Shown here: positions 1 to 11,050 of the stretch, piece by piece
Layout: each line of letters starts with the position of its first letter
How positions within the stretch are numbered: position 1 is the stretch's first letter
Assembly (NCBI GenBank): GCA_965285935.1
Contig: OZ260666.1
Coordinates: 63,674,001-63,738,000 of the forward strand
Direction: 5' to 3'
Origin: Ophelia neglecta
Taxonomy: Eukaryota
DNA length: 64,000 nt
The notes under the pieces: model-generated
The model's input: the letters and a program-made list of their open reading frames with translations, nothing else
Database searches by the model: none
Told to the model about the DNA's origin: nothing
Position numbers and translations under genes: made by a program

Positions 1-364
1 AGTAGTCTTATTCATTCTACTCACTCCAATGAATGAGGCCGATTTGTGAATACCATTATTCAATTATTACCCCAGTTCAGCTGGGTATTGTGGATTTGTA
101 CGAAATGTCCTCCGTAATCAGTTGCACAAGTAATACTGACTCTTTATTCACCCGATGCTAAAGGGGAAGCGAACACTGAGACTGTCAGAATTGTTAGAGC
201 ATGTTGTGGTTACCTTTGGATGGAAATGGCCAGAGTTTTTCTGTTCACAAAAACTCATATCATTGGTATTTCCACGTTTTTCTTCCCATGACCAGTTACA
301 TCATCGTTGATGAACAAAAACAATTTTTAGCTGTTCTTGTGTAGCATTGTTTGTATTCATCAAC

Positions 365-384
365 GTTCTTTTTTTCCTTTTTAG
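365..384 (+). promoter_or_regulatory. Splice acceptor of a 5'-UTR intron of GPCR copy 1 (exon starts 385)
   Basis: Polypyrimidine tract + TAG (ttctttttttccttttTAG|gagagg), conserved in copy 2 at 22752-22771. Confidence 0.7.
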
Positions 385-477
385 GAGAGGACTGCTTCTA
401 TCTGGCACTGCAATGTGATCTACGCTCAATTCTTTTCATTTAAATTATTAGTTTAGTCAGAATTTATTCCAACTGTC

Positions 478-1662
478 ATGGAAATGACGACAAGACACCT
501 TTACGAAATCACCAACTCGGAAGTGACGCTGTATGACGTGATAGCCGTTACGAACGTTACGTCATTTATTACCGAGCAAAATAACTCAACAAGTTTAGTC
601 CCGCCCGATAAGGACACTACTATACACTGGATCTATTTTGTCCTGGCTGGTGTAGTGATATTTGGCGGACTAATCTTTGATATGTTATCAATTGTGGTTT
701 TTGCTACCTCAAGAACATTACGCAGGACCACAACCGGACATTACTTGATAGCTCTTATGGTTGCTGACACCTGCTTTCTATTGGGGGAGTTACTAAGATG
801 GCTGACCTACTCGATCGATGGGGAGCCTGTGCTCGGTCTGACCTTTACAAGCCAGTATGACGGCGCCTGCAGAACAGCATATTTCATACGTTACAGTGCC
901 AAGCTAACGTCCGCCTGGTTAACCGTGGTAATCACACTGGAGAGATACCTAACAGTCTCCATGCCTCTAAGGGTCGGCCAGATTTCGACGACCACTAAGG
1001 CCAAGGCCTTGATTGCCGGGCTGACCGTAGCCTGTATAGTCCTTGGCGCCTTCCCTTTCTGGACGGTAGGCGTTGGAGTCTGGGACGGGGTAAACTACTG
1101 TGTTATCACGGATGAGTTACAGTACGAAAAGTGGTTAATGGCCATACTCCGTGTCGGATCCCTGTTTCTGCCCTGCGTCATTATCTTTCTCCTGACTGTT
1201 GCCATTATCGTCCACCTGTATCGCGCTGACAGAAAGCGGCAGAAAATGAGCAGCATGGAGGGGAAAAGCATCCAGAAACAGCTGACAGCTATGCTGCTGG
1301 CCGTGGCTATCTCCTTTATTGTTCTCCGGCTACCCTACACCACCTTTTGGTATCTCAACAACTACGCCAAGGACCTTCAGTTAAGTCGGGTAACTGAGGA
1401 CTGGATCTACCGAGCTCGGTATATCACTGAAGTTATCGCAATGGCCAACTACGCCTCAAACTTTTTTCTCTTTTGCGTCTGCGGCAGCGCCTTTCGAGAA
1501 CAACTGGGAAAGTTCTGTCGACGAGGAAAGAAAAATAAACAGCGCCATCTTTCGTCTAACACTTTATCTACGCGCGCTCATTCCAGCTATGCCTCGCGGG
1601 ATACACTTCGAAAGGACAACGTTTCGCATACACACACCGCCAAGACATCTTCAGGCTTCTAG
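478..1662 (+). CDS. Class A (rhodopsin-like) GPCR, FMRFamide/sex-peptide-receptor-like peptide receptor group, copy 1 (394 aa, single coding exon)
   Basis: Seven hydrophobic segments; TM2 YLIALMVAD; TM3 Cys and ERY; ECL2 Cys (NYC); TM5 LP; TM6 QLTAMLLAV..FIVLRLPY; TM7 NYASNFFLF followed by G..FR helix 8; N-terminal sequons NVT, NNS, NST. Confidence 0.95.
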   Translation: MEMTTRHLYEITNSEVTLYDVIAVTNVTSFITEQNNSTSLVPPDKDTTIHWIYFVLAGVVIFGGLIFDMLSIVVFATSRTLRRTTTGHYLIALMVADTCFLLGELLRWLTYSIDGEPVLGLTFTSQYDGACRTAYFIRYSAKLTSAWLTVVITLERYLTVSMPLRVGQISTTTKAKALIAGLTVACIVLGAFPFWTVGVGVWDGVNYCVITDELQYEKWLMAILRVGSLFLPCVIIFLLTVAIIVHLYRADRKRQKMSSMEGKSIQKQLTAMLLAVAISFIVLRLPYTTFWYLNNYAKDLQLSRVTEDWIYRARYITEVIAMANYASNFFLFCVCGSAFREQLGKFCRRGKKNKQRHLSSNTLSTRAHSSYASRDTLRKDNVSHTHTAKTSSGF

Positions 1663-2344
1663 AATGACCCTACAACTGGACTGAAGGTACCGGGAACGGG
1701 AGTCACGACACCACCGGCGTGTCGTGAAACCCTCGAAATGAAGATAAACAATTTAATTCCAATCCTTTGACTGAAAGAACTTTTGGCTTAAACAGATCGA
1801 ACCTTTGTTAACATTATAAAGGATTCAAGCATTTTTTTTCAAGCGTAGATTCATCGGGACTTGGGGATTCGCTAGCTCATGTTCTCATCTGGATTCCTTC
1901 TATAAATTATTTTATTGTCCTATTGGGATGGCACCGAATGCCGGAGGATACCATTGCATGGTTTGATCCTGAATATGATACCATATTATAAAGCCCCGAT
2001 GTTAATTTAAATTTGCTATCCCGTCGTCAAGACTACTCTTGATTAGAAGGAATAAACTGAAGCATTGGTGAAATAGAATCCAGGAGAAAACAACAAAAAC
2101 AATGGTTGATTAAATACATTTTTCGAATTTTGGGGAAGGCCCACGTTCTGACATACAGTATTCATTTTATAACATGATCTTAGAATATCAGACCGCTCCA
2201 TGATTTTGCAAACAAACATTTGTATCTCATTTTGTAACTTATATTGCCACCATAATATTATGTTCGAAAGAAACCAAAGACATAAGGAACACAGTTTCTT
2301 AGCCGCGTGGTTCCTGTATATATAATGGCAAAAGTTTTGCTTTC

Positions 2345-2350
2345 AATAAA
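2345..2350 (+). terminator. Candidate polyadenylation signal of GPCR copy 1
   Basis: AATAAA inside the block aaagttttgctttcAATAAAtta, which is conserved at 24775-24780 in copy 2. Confidence 0.5.
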
Positions 2351-4339
2351 TTATGCCTATATTCGATATTCGAAGTAACGTTGGTTGAAAGGACACTGCT
2401 ATTTAAAAATATATTATCATAATGTATACATAATATGTATTCTTGTATTCAGACTGATATAAAGTACATATGTCCTTTTACTCATACAGATTTGGTTTAA
2501 GTCCTTGCAGGTTTATTACTCACATATCCGTCACTAATCCCCTAATACGTTCACCAAGCCCACTGGGAATAAGATGGCAAAGCCCTGGATTTACATCCAA
2601 ATATCCGTGGTAAGCTAACACATTTGGACCAGCACAACTTGCGGTATGTTTTCTTATAAAACTGCATGGTAATCTACTCGACACAGTTTTCTACTCGAAA
2701 ACAACATTGCTTTTGAAAGAGGGATTGCTCTTGGTTTGATGGCGATATTTAAATAGCGTAACTCAATGCCTTTTAATATCATTGTTATGACATAACCTTT
2801 ATTGTGCATTATATCCCTATTAGTGTTTTGATATACAGTGGCGCTTCTTCAATGCACATCTACTTACATAGCTAGTTGAAGCGCTATTTTGTTTCCTCTC
2901 TTTGAAAATCAATTTATGTCCGTGTAAATAATTTATGTAAACATATTAAACGAAAAGCCACACGAGGTCATACGTTCACATTATTACAAAATTGTGTTGA
3001 ATACATGAGCTAACACATAATTATTTGATAACCTTCTTTAAAATGCTGATAAAATCCCTCATGACATAATAAAATTTTGGAAAGTTCTTAACCTATCCAT
3101 TTTCTTATCATTAAGTAGGAAAACATTATTAGTTTCAAACTGATAAACGGGCTTATGAATAGATAGTGATCATTTGCACAATATATAAGACATAAATAAG
3201 TCAAACCTGTCAGCGAAAAGATTATTTTTATACTATGTAAAGCTGTGCTAAATTATCATCTATCGATATTCACATTTTAAACACATTTGTCAGTGTACGT
3301 TTGTGTGTAATGCTTCTATATCAGCCTAATATTAGACAAGCTGTAACGTGTTTAGTACCAAAGGTGTATTTACTTTCCTTTTTTGATGCATCGCCCCAGT
3401 GTAAGTCAAGTGGTATATTTACGTTAATACTCGGTAAGTTTTTTAAATCTGTACTAACTATTATGGATTGCATGTAGAGAGCTATTAAAAATACATTCCA
3501 ATCTAACGAATTATCTCTGAGTTTCTGTTGAATAAAACGTACTTAGATGGCAAATAAATACTCACATAGATATAAGTGTTTTGATTATAATGAGATTATT
3601 CCTGTTAATAACTCTTCATCGTGTTGAAATAAACAAATAGCAAGCATTTATTTTAAAGTATAGTTGTACTTGGGGGGGGGGGGGGCAATTGAAGCAGTAT
3701 TATATTTTCAACATACAGAAAGAAACATGTAAATAGTAGTTCTGTGGAAATAGTTGAAATCGACAGTTTGCGCTCAGTCTCTATCAGCGAACATAAAGAA
3801 GGAAACATTAAATACATTTTTATTAAAGCAGTGTTATGTTTTTAGTCAATTTTAAACACCAAGAAAAAAACACGGAAATAGTAGTCGTAGGGGAAATATA
3901 TGGATCAGAAGGGGAATCTAGTATTAGTTTAAACAGTCACAACTGGGAAAATTACTCTCTGACTTCCATTATCTGCTTCTTTTCCTTTATAAACGTATAC
4001 TGTTATAATTGTTTTGTATGAATTAAAAAACAAAATGAAAAATATTTACAAAATCTAAGTAGTTCAGGCGGTTTTATTTCTCAATGATTAAATAATAAAC
4101 GAACAATAAGTGATAAAATCGTCGCTCTGGCATCTGTGCCCTGTAAATGTTACATCACTAAAGTACTTATTTGTATTTGGTTTGTTTTGGAGAATTGGCG
4201 AATAACGGTACCTTGTGAGTAACACCTTTAAGTCCAATTTCTAATTTGAGCTAAGTGTAAATCAAACTTTAGAACATTTTTTTCATTGTTGAATACGCAG
4301 AACATAGTTATTATATTGCACTAAAGGAGTAAATTTCTT

Positions 4340-4770
4340 CGTAATGAGTTCGTTGATGTAGATTAAAATAACAATAGATCCAATGTTCGTGCCCTGTGGG
4401 ACTCCTCATAGTTTTCATCCCAGTTGCTATCTTTAAAATTAAATTGGCATCTGTTTATCAAATAACCTGAAACCAGGCCATTGCATTCCCACCATGTCAC
4501 ATTTCTAGAGCTTGGCTTGCAAAATAAAATGATCAACGGGTTCTAATTCCTTGGACAAATCCCAAGAAAAGCACACAGACCATCATTTGTATTACGGCCA
4601 AGAAAATCAATTGGTTCGCCATTGAAGCCAAGTTGGTAATTTTGTAATGTTTTATTGTAATTGATAAAATCGTATGCCTGATGATAAAAAAATTTCCCTG
4701 GAATTTTGGGGAAAAGGAAAAGCGCTAAAGCAAGTCAATAATTTCCAACTAACACTTTATAGCCATTTAT
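4340..4770 (-). mobile_element. Decayed non-LTR retrotransposon (CR1/L2-like) reverse transcriptase fragment
   Basis: Minus-strand translation gives NY*LALALFLFPKI (NYRPISLL-like), DLSKELEPVDHFILQAKL* (DLSKAFD-like) and GVPQGTNIGSIVILIYINEL, in the correct order, with stops. Confidence 0.8.
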
Positions 4771-5576
4771 TTGCAATTTAGTTTGCTGTGCTACCTTAAC
4801 ATCCATTATGACGATAGGAGCAATCTTATTGTCAAAATAGAGTAAATATTCCATACTCATATACATTTTAAAATGTAGCATTAAAATTGATCCTTAATCC
4901 TGGAAACATTCAGTCCTGTTTAAATCCATGTTTGAATTGCATGGTTAATTAAAATAAATGAATAAGATTTTTTTGTTTACGTGTGGTAACCGTGTTGTCG
5001 GTGCTATGTAGCAAGTGTGGGCTCAGGGAAGTCGTTTTTTTATTGTCACGGTCACAGGCGTTTGGATTCTCCTGGATTGCCATTGTGCTACGCTGCTTGC
5101 TTAGTGTACTGCTCTTCCTTTATACAGCTACATAATTACGTTGTGGCGTTTCTCCTTTTTCTTCCCCCTGTCTTTCCACCTTTGCTGTAATAGTATGTTG
5201 TCTTTTTCTGTTGATTGATCCCTTGCCGTTTCATGTCTTTCATATTGTAACAGTAATATGACACTATGTTTTTGATAGTCTTTCTGTGAGACTTCATGAC
5301 AAATATCAGGATACGATTTATATTTTATTCCTTTCATTTATTTGACATTTATTTTTTTATTGTTGTATATATAAATAAGTGGTCGAATAAATCATGTCCA
5401 AATCTGAACCTTAATCTTAGATTATTATCCGAACAGAAATATTTATAAATACAAGTTCATTGCTTTGATTGATGACTGCATCTCATTTATGGGTTTACAG
5501 TCAGTTTATATTAAAGTCTTCAATAAACTCTTTTACTGGCTCATCTCCACGCATAATACTCAACGTTCAGGTTTTC

Positions 5577-5619
5577 TCAAAACTCTTCCATGAAAGGATA
5601 ATCTTTGTGGCTCTTCAAG
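5577..5619 (-). CDS. AKR exon 9 ([14 protein letters not shown])
   Basis: 43 coding nt; acceptor ccttcag; TGA at 5579-5577; minus-strand AATAAA at ~5361-5348. Confidence 0.9.
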
Positions 5620-8600
5620 CTGAAGGTACAGGACATATATTATTAAGTTTTAAACATGTGACATGTGTGCGTGCATCTATTCTGCACGGTAAATATTGAA
5701 TGTTTTTCGAGTTTACGAAGTATTTTGTATATGCACTTACGGTAAAAACCAATTTGCTCTGCTATTTCTGTTTAAAGCAGCAATTGCATCCATATCTTCT
5801 TTGGAAAGTTTAAAGTCAAATATCTAAAATTGTATCAAATGTCGTTTTAACGAAAGAAAATTGAATATATCCTTTCTTATTTATGAACGTCTTTTTTTTA
5901 TAATACTAGAGATGCATTTTCATGATTGATACATCACAGCATATGTCAGGCTGAATGACACAAATGTCTTTTTTTTTTGGTTTATGTTAACAACGTGGCT
6001 CTTTTATCTAGTCAAAGATAACCCCAGTTCGGGAGTTGATATATAGCACTTTGATTAATGACTCAATGAACTATTGATTGAATTGAGCTCGTGGCGCTAG
6101 TTGTGTCAAAAAATCTTCTTGACAACGCACCTGTATATTTTGTCTCAATCTCTCCATTTTGGAACTCTTGGAAGGCACTGCAATACCTCTTTGAGTCTGA
6201 TAACGCAGTGCAACCTGGCCAGGAGACTTTCCATGCTTTTTGGCAATTTCTACAATAACTGGATTCTCCAAGGGCGACACAAAACCTTCTGGGGACCTTA
6301 AGTAATGCAGAAAAGATTCGATATTGCCGTTACCAAAATTTTTATGACAAACAAGCTAACAATAATTGATTTATTAATATGATTTAAAATAGATTCAGAT
6401 GGTTTAACGTACAAGTAGCGATTGTATCACTGTGCGATAAACTTGGCTAAATGCATGAATTGTAACTGATTCTGCACTTAGTCTTGAAGCATATGGTTCC
6501 GTTTGAACAATGAGTAAATGACCATGCAAGTAGTAAATGAGAATGTATCTATTCGCACCAAAGTGTTGACAGTATACATTGTTTAAAAGAGAGTTTAAAT
6601 TTTTAGGCTGACCATGACTTGTGTGGTTGTCCTAGTGGTGTGTATGCAGTCACAGTCACTCCCCTCTCCTGGCAATACTTAACCAATTTCTCATTGGAAA
6701 AGTATGGATGAATCTCTATCTTCCAAATTAAGTGAAATATTAATATCTTTCATTTCAATATTTTAACGTGAAGGGAGATGTCTAATGAAGAATAGCCGAA
6801 TTGTCAATTCGTAACGAGATACGACTGTTACGAAAGGCACAAAGTAATCTGTCTATGGATTGAACGGGAATTGGAACTATTCAATATTTCTACTAAGCTA
6901 CTGGTATGACCGTCATCTAATAATCTGCTTATCGGTTGAATGGGACATGTTTTTATCACATATTTCTGACCTGGAAGTAACACGAATGACAACTGCCGTC
7001 GGATATAAAAAACACATTTCGTCCGTCGACACCTATTATGACTTACCTGAATTGTGGCTGGTTTGATGCGACAGTTGTCTAATATATTTTGCACTTGTTT
7101 GTGGGTGAAGTTTGAAATCCCGATAGACTTAACAAGCCCCTCATCCACACACTCCTCTAGAACCTAGACCGAAACACTTTCTACAATAAGTGACATACAA
7201 GTTTCGAAATGAAATTTGAATATTTAAAAAATAAAAGGTTTGAATTACCTTCCAGGTTTTTATGTGATCATTATAGTTGTTGATTATATGGGATATGTCC
7301 CCCTCGAATACAGCAGGCACCGAACCATCCGGTAGCTAGGATAGTTAAAATATTACTGTAATTATTGATGCATCAAATCAATTTGAAACACGGAAAGAAC
7401 ATGTTGAGAAATGATAACGGTCGTATAATAATAGACCGTTTGACATTACACAGCAACGACTTAGTTTTATGTTTGCACCATGAAATTATTGACTACTTCT
7501 TATTGCAAGTGATAACATTTAATTTCTGTTGATATTTATACTCTTTCGGAGGTGGGGGTGAAGTATGGAGCCTGTGGCTGCTGGCTCCTGGTGATTTCGG
7601 ACTGATTTAAGGTGACGTGATACCTTATTTGAACTCATGTGACATATTTATTCAACCCCGAAAGAATTTATTGACACATCTAAACGAGTGGTCACAATTT
7701 CTGTAAACACATGGACGCTATCAAAATATACAGTACCAGCTGAAAATGCTAAAGAAGCTTTTCTACGTTGAAAATGAGTTTTCCGAGTACATTTAGGAAT
7801 TTGATATAAGAGTTAAAAAGTATAATTTATTCGGGAAATTTGGCCGAGGTACTTTCTGTGGGGCCACAGGCTTTCTGCAAAGGTCAGTGCGTTTTTTTTT
7901 ATAATAAAACAAATCAGAATGTCTTAAAACTCGAGACGATAACTCGAAACTGTCATAAATGTTTCGGGCAAGAACGACTGATGATACAATGACTCTTTTC
8001 ACAAAGCCTTAATTGAAAGGTAATAAGATCGTTTTATGTGCATCCTTTTGTTCCTATTTAACAAAAAATCATCGGGCACCTTGTATACCCAATTTCGACG
8101 AGTCTAACTATAACCTCTCCTCTGACTTAACAGTGAATATAGTTTTCATGCGTGTGAAAGTGCATATATTGTTGTAACAGAGCCTGTTTGGAATGATTGA
8201 TTTGACACATAACTAGTAGTGTACAAGAGGGCTACTAAAATGACTTTAGAATGCACTATTTCAGTACTTGTGTCGCCACATTCCTGTCAAGGCAGGAAGC
8301 GTTGGGTATGCCTTCACTTTAATGCACTCTTCCTGATAAATGATTTTCCTTTGTTTTCCGGCTATCAACGCCGGTTTGTACTGCTTTTGCTTTTTATCAA
8401 TCAAATGCAAAGGCTTTAGTATTGTAAACAGGTTCAGTCGGGCGGATCAAATTTGAGATTAGTTATTTTACTTTAATCTTCGACAAAATATAAAGTTGCA
8501 CAGAACGGGAATACCTGAGGACACAGTGTTATATCTTAATGGCATATAATTATGATAGTTAAGGTGAGAGATATGAGCTACCCAGTTTTAGACTTTGCTT

Positions 8601-9503
8601 TGTTAATCTGTGATCAGAATGATAACCATTGATACACTAGTCACAAATATGAGGCCTTTTATGTGCCACAGGGCTGGCCTTTTCATTGTAGCTTAAGTAA
8701 GGCCAAACATAACTATACTTGGGTTTTGATTTACAAAATGACCTACCTTGTGGACTGCAAATGGCCAGTGTATCAGGTAAAGATCTACATAGTCTAAACG
8801 TAGTGCTGCAAGGCTCTCTCTTAGGACAGGCTTTATATCTGCCGGCATCATGTGGGCAAATGAAAGCTGTAAAATAGTTTTAGTGTAATTATCTTTGTTT
8901 GAATTTGTTTTGATACTTTAATGCAAATTCATCAAGCTGGAAAATGTTGTACAAGTAAATGATACAATTTGACCTTAGAGGTGATGAAAAGGTCCTTTCT
9001 GTCGACCACTCCTTCTTTAATTTTGTCGTAAATCGCCTGACCGACTGCTGGTTCTGTTTGATAAAGCCAGGCAGTGTCAATATGTCGATATCCAATGTCT
9101 ATTGCCATCTTCACTGCGTCTGTCACTTCTGAAGGTATGAAATCCTTCTCCTAAATGTAGTAACATATAGCCATTTATTTTAAACATGTCGAAGCATTTC
9201 AAAAGTAGTAACATAAAGATTGGACTCTTTAATTATCTTTTTTAGCATAAAATTTAATTTCATATGCTATTCAAGGTTTAGCTTATGACTTGAACGCTTT
9301 TTCATGTAACGGGTAAATACCAATTCGTTTTATCTCATTCGCTGGCGAGAAATAAAGTATACAATTGACAACTTTCACTGCACACTCAATGATAAACTTA
9401 CCGGTAGGCCAAAATAAGTCCCAAGAGCAACCATGGGCATTTCATGGCCATCCGCAAATTTGAGCTTTGGCACTTGTGCCACTATTTTTTCTGCCTCGCC
9501 CAT
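5577..9503 (-). CDS. Aldo-keto reductase (AKR1-like, aldose reductase/AKR1B-type), 9 coding exons, 333 aa
   Basis: join(9503-9402, 9150-8974, 8866-8747, 7335-7249, 7163-7047, 6719-6613, 6296-6131, 5823-5741, 5619-5577) = 1002 nt, all GT-AG, frame intact. Motifs [11 protein letters not shown] (Asp, Tyr), LFITSK (Lys), DLYLIHWP (His), [23 protein letters not shown] and C-terminal [10 protein letters not shown]. Confidence 0.95.
5741..5823 (-). CDS. AKR exon 8 ([27 protein letters not shown])
   Basis: 83 nt; acceptor ttttag, donor GTAAGT. Confidence 0.92.
6131..6296 (-). CDS. AKR exon 7 (WSPEG...[16 protein letters not shown]...PSKS...QNIQ)
   Basis: 166 nt; donor GTGCGT. Confidence 0.92.
6613..6719 (-). 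CDS. AKR exon 6 ([35 protein letters not shown])
   Basis: 107 nt, ends in phase 2; donor GTCAGC. Confidence 0.9.
7047..7163 (-). CDS. AKR exon 5 ([19 protein letters not shown]...KPATIQ)
   Basis: Acceptor ggtctag, donor GTAAGT; 117 nt. Confidence 0.92.
7249..7335 (-). CDS. AKR exon 4 (LPDGSVP...DHIKTWK)
   Basis: Acceptor tatcctag, donor GTAATT; 87 nt; ends in the typical TW motif. Confidence 0.85.
7609..8082. mobile_element. Possible non-autonomous DNA transposon in AKR intron 3
   Basis: Imperfect terminal inverted repeats (aaggtgacgtgat / atcatcgggcacctt) with TTAA at the left end; the internal tgtgacatatttattc..gaagaatt segment recurs at ~41040. Confidence 0.35.
8747..8866 (-). CDS. AKR exon 3 (LSFAH...[17 protein letters not shown])
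   Basis: Acceptor ttttacag, donor GTAGGT; 120 nt; carries catalytic His. Confidence 0.92.
8974..9150 (-). CDS. AKR exon 2 (EKDFIP...[11 protein letters not shown]...LFITSK)
   Basis: Acceptor catttag, donor GTCAAA; 177 nt; carries catalytic Asp, Tyr and Lys. Confidence 0.92.
9402..9503 (-). CDS. AKR exon 1 ([34 protein letters not shown])
   Basis: ATG at 9503; donor GTAAGT at 9401-9396. Confidence 0.9.
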
Positions 9504-9557
9504 TTCTTCTGATTACTCAAAGTAAACTGGTGCAAGTGTCCTCTGACTTATGAACGG

Positions 9558-9565
9558 TTTATATA
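9558..9565 (-). promoter_or_regulatory. TATA box of the AKR gene
   Basis: TATATAAA on the minus strand ~55 nt upstream of the ATG; Inr-like CACTT about 28 nt downstream of the box. Confidence 0.6.
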
Positions 9566-10850
9566 GGTTACTTGCTTCATTTATATCATGAAGGTTGAAC
9601 TGCTTATCTCAATTTCTGTACTGATTGTCCAGTGATATGCCTTAGATGACTAGGAATAATTTATCTCGTTCGATGTGCGAACATATACAATAGCCAAAAT
9701 TCTTATCTTATGTGATAAAGATAAGCATAGTAATGTGCTGTTAATACCGGGAAAACATTACGTATGATTTATATTGTGTGCAATGGTGTATTGGCTAAGG
9801 TGACAGGTACTTTATGCCCATCCTCTTTTACATGGGGATAAACATACATTAGATAAAAATACACGTGATCAGATATACCATGTAAAACGTAGCGTCTTGG
9901 TAATCTATGATAAAATGGTTAAACCCTTATGCACGATTTATAAGGAAAAATTCAACATACATTCAAGTACACACATGGCATTTGACCGTTAAACGCACGT
10001 AAAATGCTGGAGGATCTCTACTCCTCTCTCAATGATGCTTCAAGTATTGATTACTCATTGTTTGATATCTTTTATCTGACACAATGATTATGTTTGCAAT
10101 ACCTTTACAGTGACGCGAAATAAAGTTATCAATTGTAAGCCATAACTCGTATGAGTGGGCTTGATTAGATTATTGTAGTATGATAGTAGTAACTAAAAAC
10201 GGGAGTGGATTCCCGAGAGACAATAGCATTATATTAGTCCGATATCAGAATCCTTTAGCTGCAGGCCAATCACTCCTTCCCAGCTCTATCAGGAACAATC
10301 TATGCACGGAAAGAAAATAAAGCTTATGGCTGTGTTTATTATGTAATTGAAAATTTGGTTGCCTGCATGAAAGCAAATATGATGCTATGTAAATGGTATC
10401 ATGGGGCGCATAATGTATGGGAAATTTCGATTCCAAGGATATATCTATCATTAGATTTCTAGGCAAACCAGGATAAATGAATATCAGGAATTCCATTTAT
10501 TACTGAATGGTTGTCACTGATAAAGTATCTGGTGCATACACCTTAAGCAATTAAGGCAGGCGAGGCGTAATATTTTCTTGCACATATCCATATGAGGTAG
10601 TATTGATAAATGGATACAGTTGTCACCAATATTAGCCATAATAAGTTGATAAGTTAAAATTAATGCATGATTCAGGTCATAGTGTCTGTCAGCAAAACTA
10701 TCTCAACTGGACATGTTGCAGGTACACATACTTTTGGCGAGGATGGCAAATAAACGACGCAGTAATTTTAAATACATTAGTAAGAAACCTGACTGAGTTT
10801 CGTGTAGCAAACGATAATTAGAAAGATAAAGCTAGAGAAAACACAGGTGG

Positions 10851-11050
10851 TTATGTCTTCCAATGTCTTAGACATGATAGGCTGTATTGATATAAGTTAC
10901 TATTTGGAAGTGTCTGAAAGTACACCAACTTGAAGACTTGGGATAGTTTAGCTGGCTTCCATGTCGAAGTGAAAATCCCTCTTGACAATGAAATGTTACC
11001 AAGTATGGTTAATTGGGAAATAATGCGCGGAGTGGCATTGCCGGTCATTT
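10851..11050 (-). mobile_element. Decayed CR1/L2-like LINE RT fragment
   Basis: IISQLTILGNISLSRGIFTSTWKPAKLSQVFK resembles the LTxLxNxSLxxGxFPxxWKxAxVxPxxK block; after a frameshift it reads SIQPIMSKTLE. Confidence 0.75.

Larger units (their letters stand above)
1..10780. repeat. Segmental/tandem duplication, copy 1 (GPCR + AKR unit); left edge lies outside the window
   Basis: Colinear homology with 22314-33072: window start 'tcttattcattc..ccaat' ~ 22317; GPCR; 3' flank; poly-G 3672/26085; LINE relic; AKR exons and introns; last anchor 'ctcaactggacatgttgc' at ~10702 and ~33000. Confidence 0.9.
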
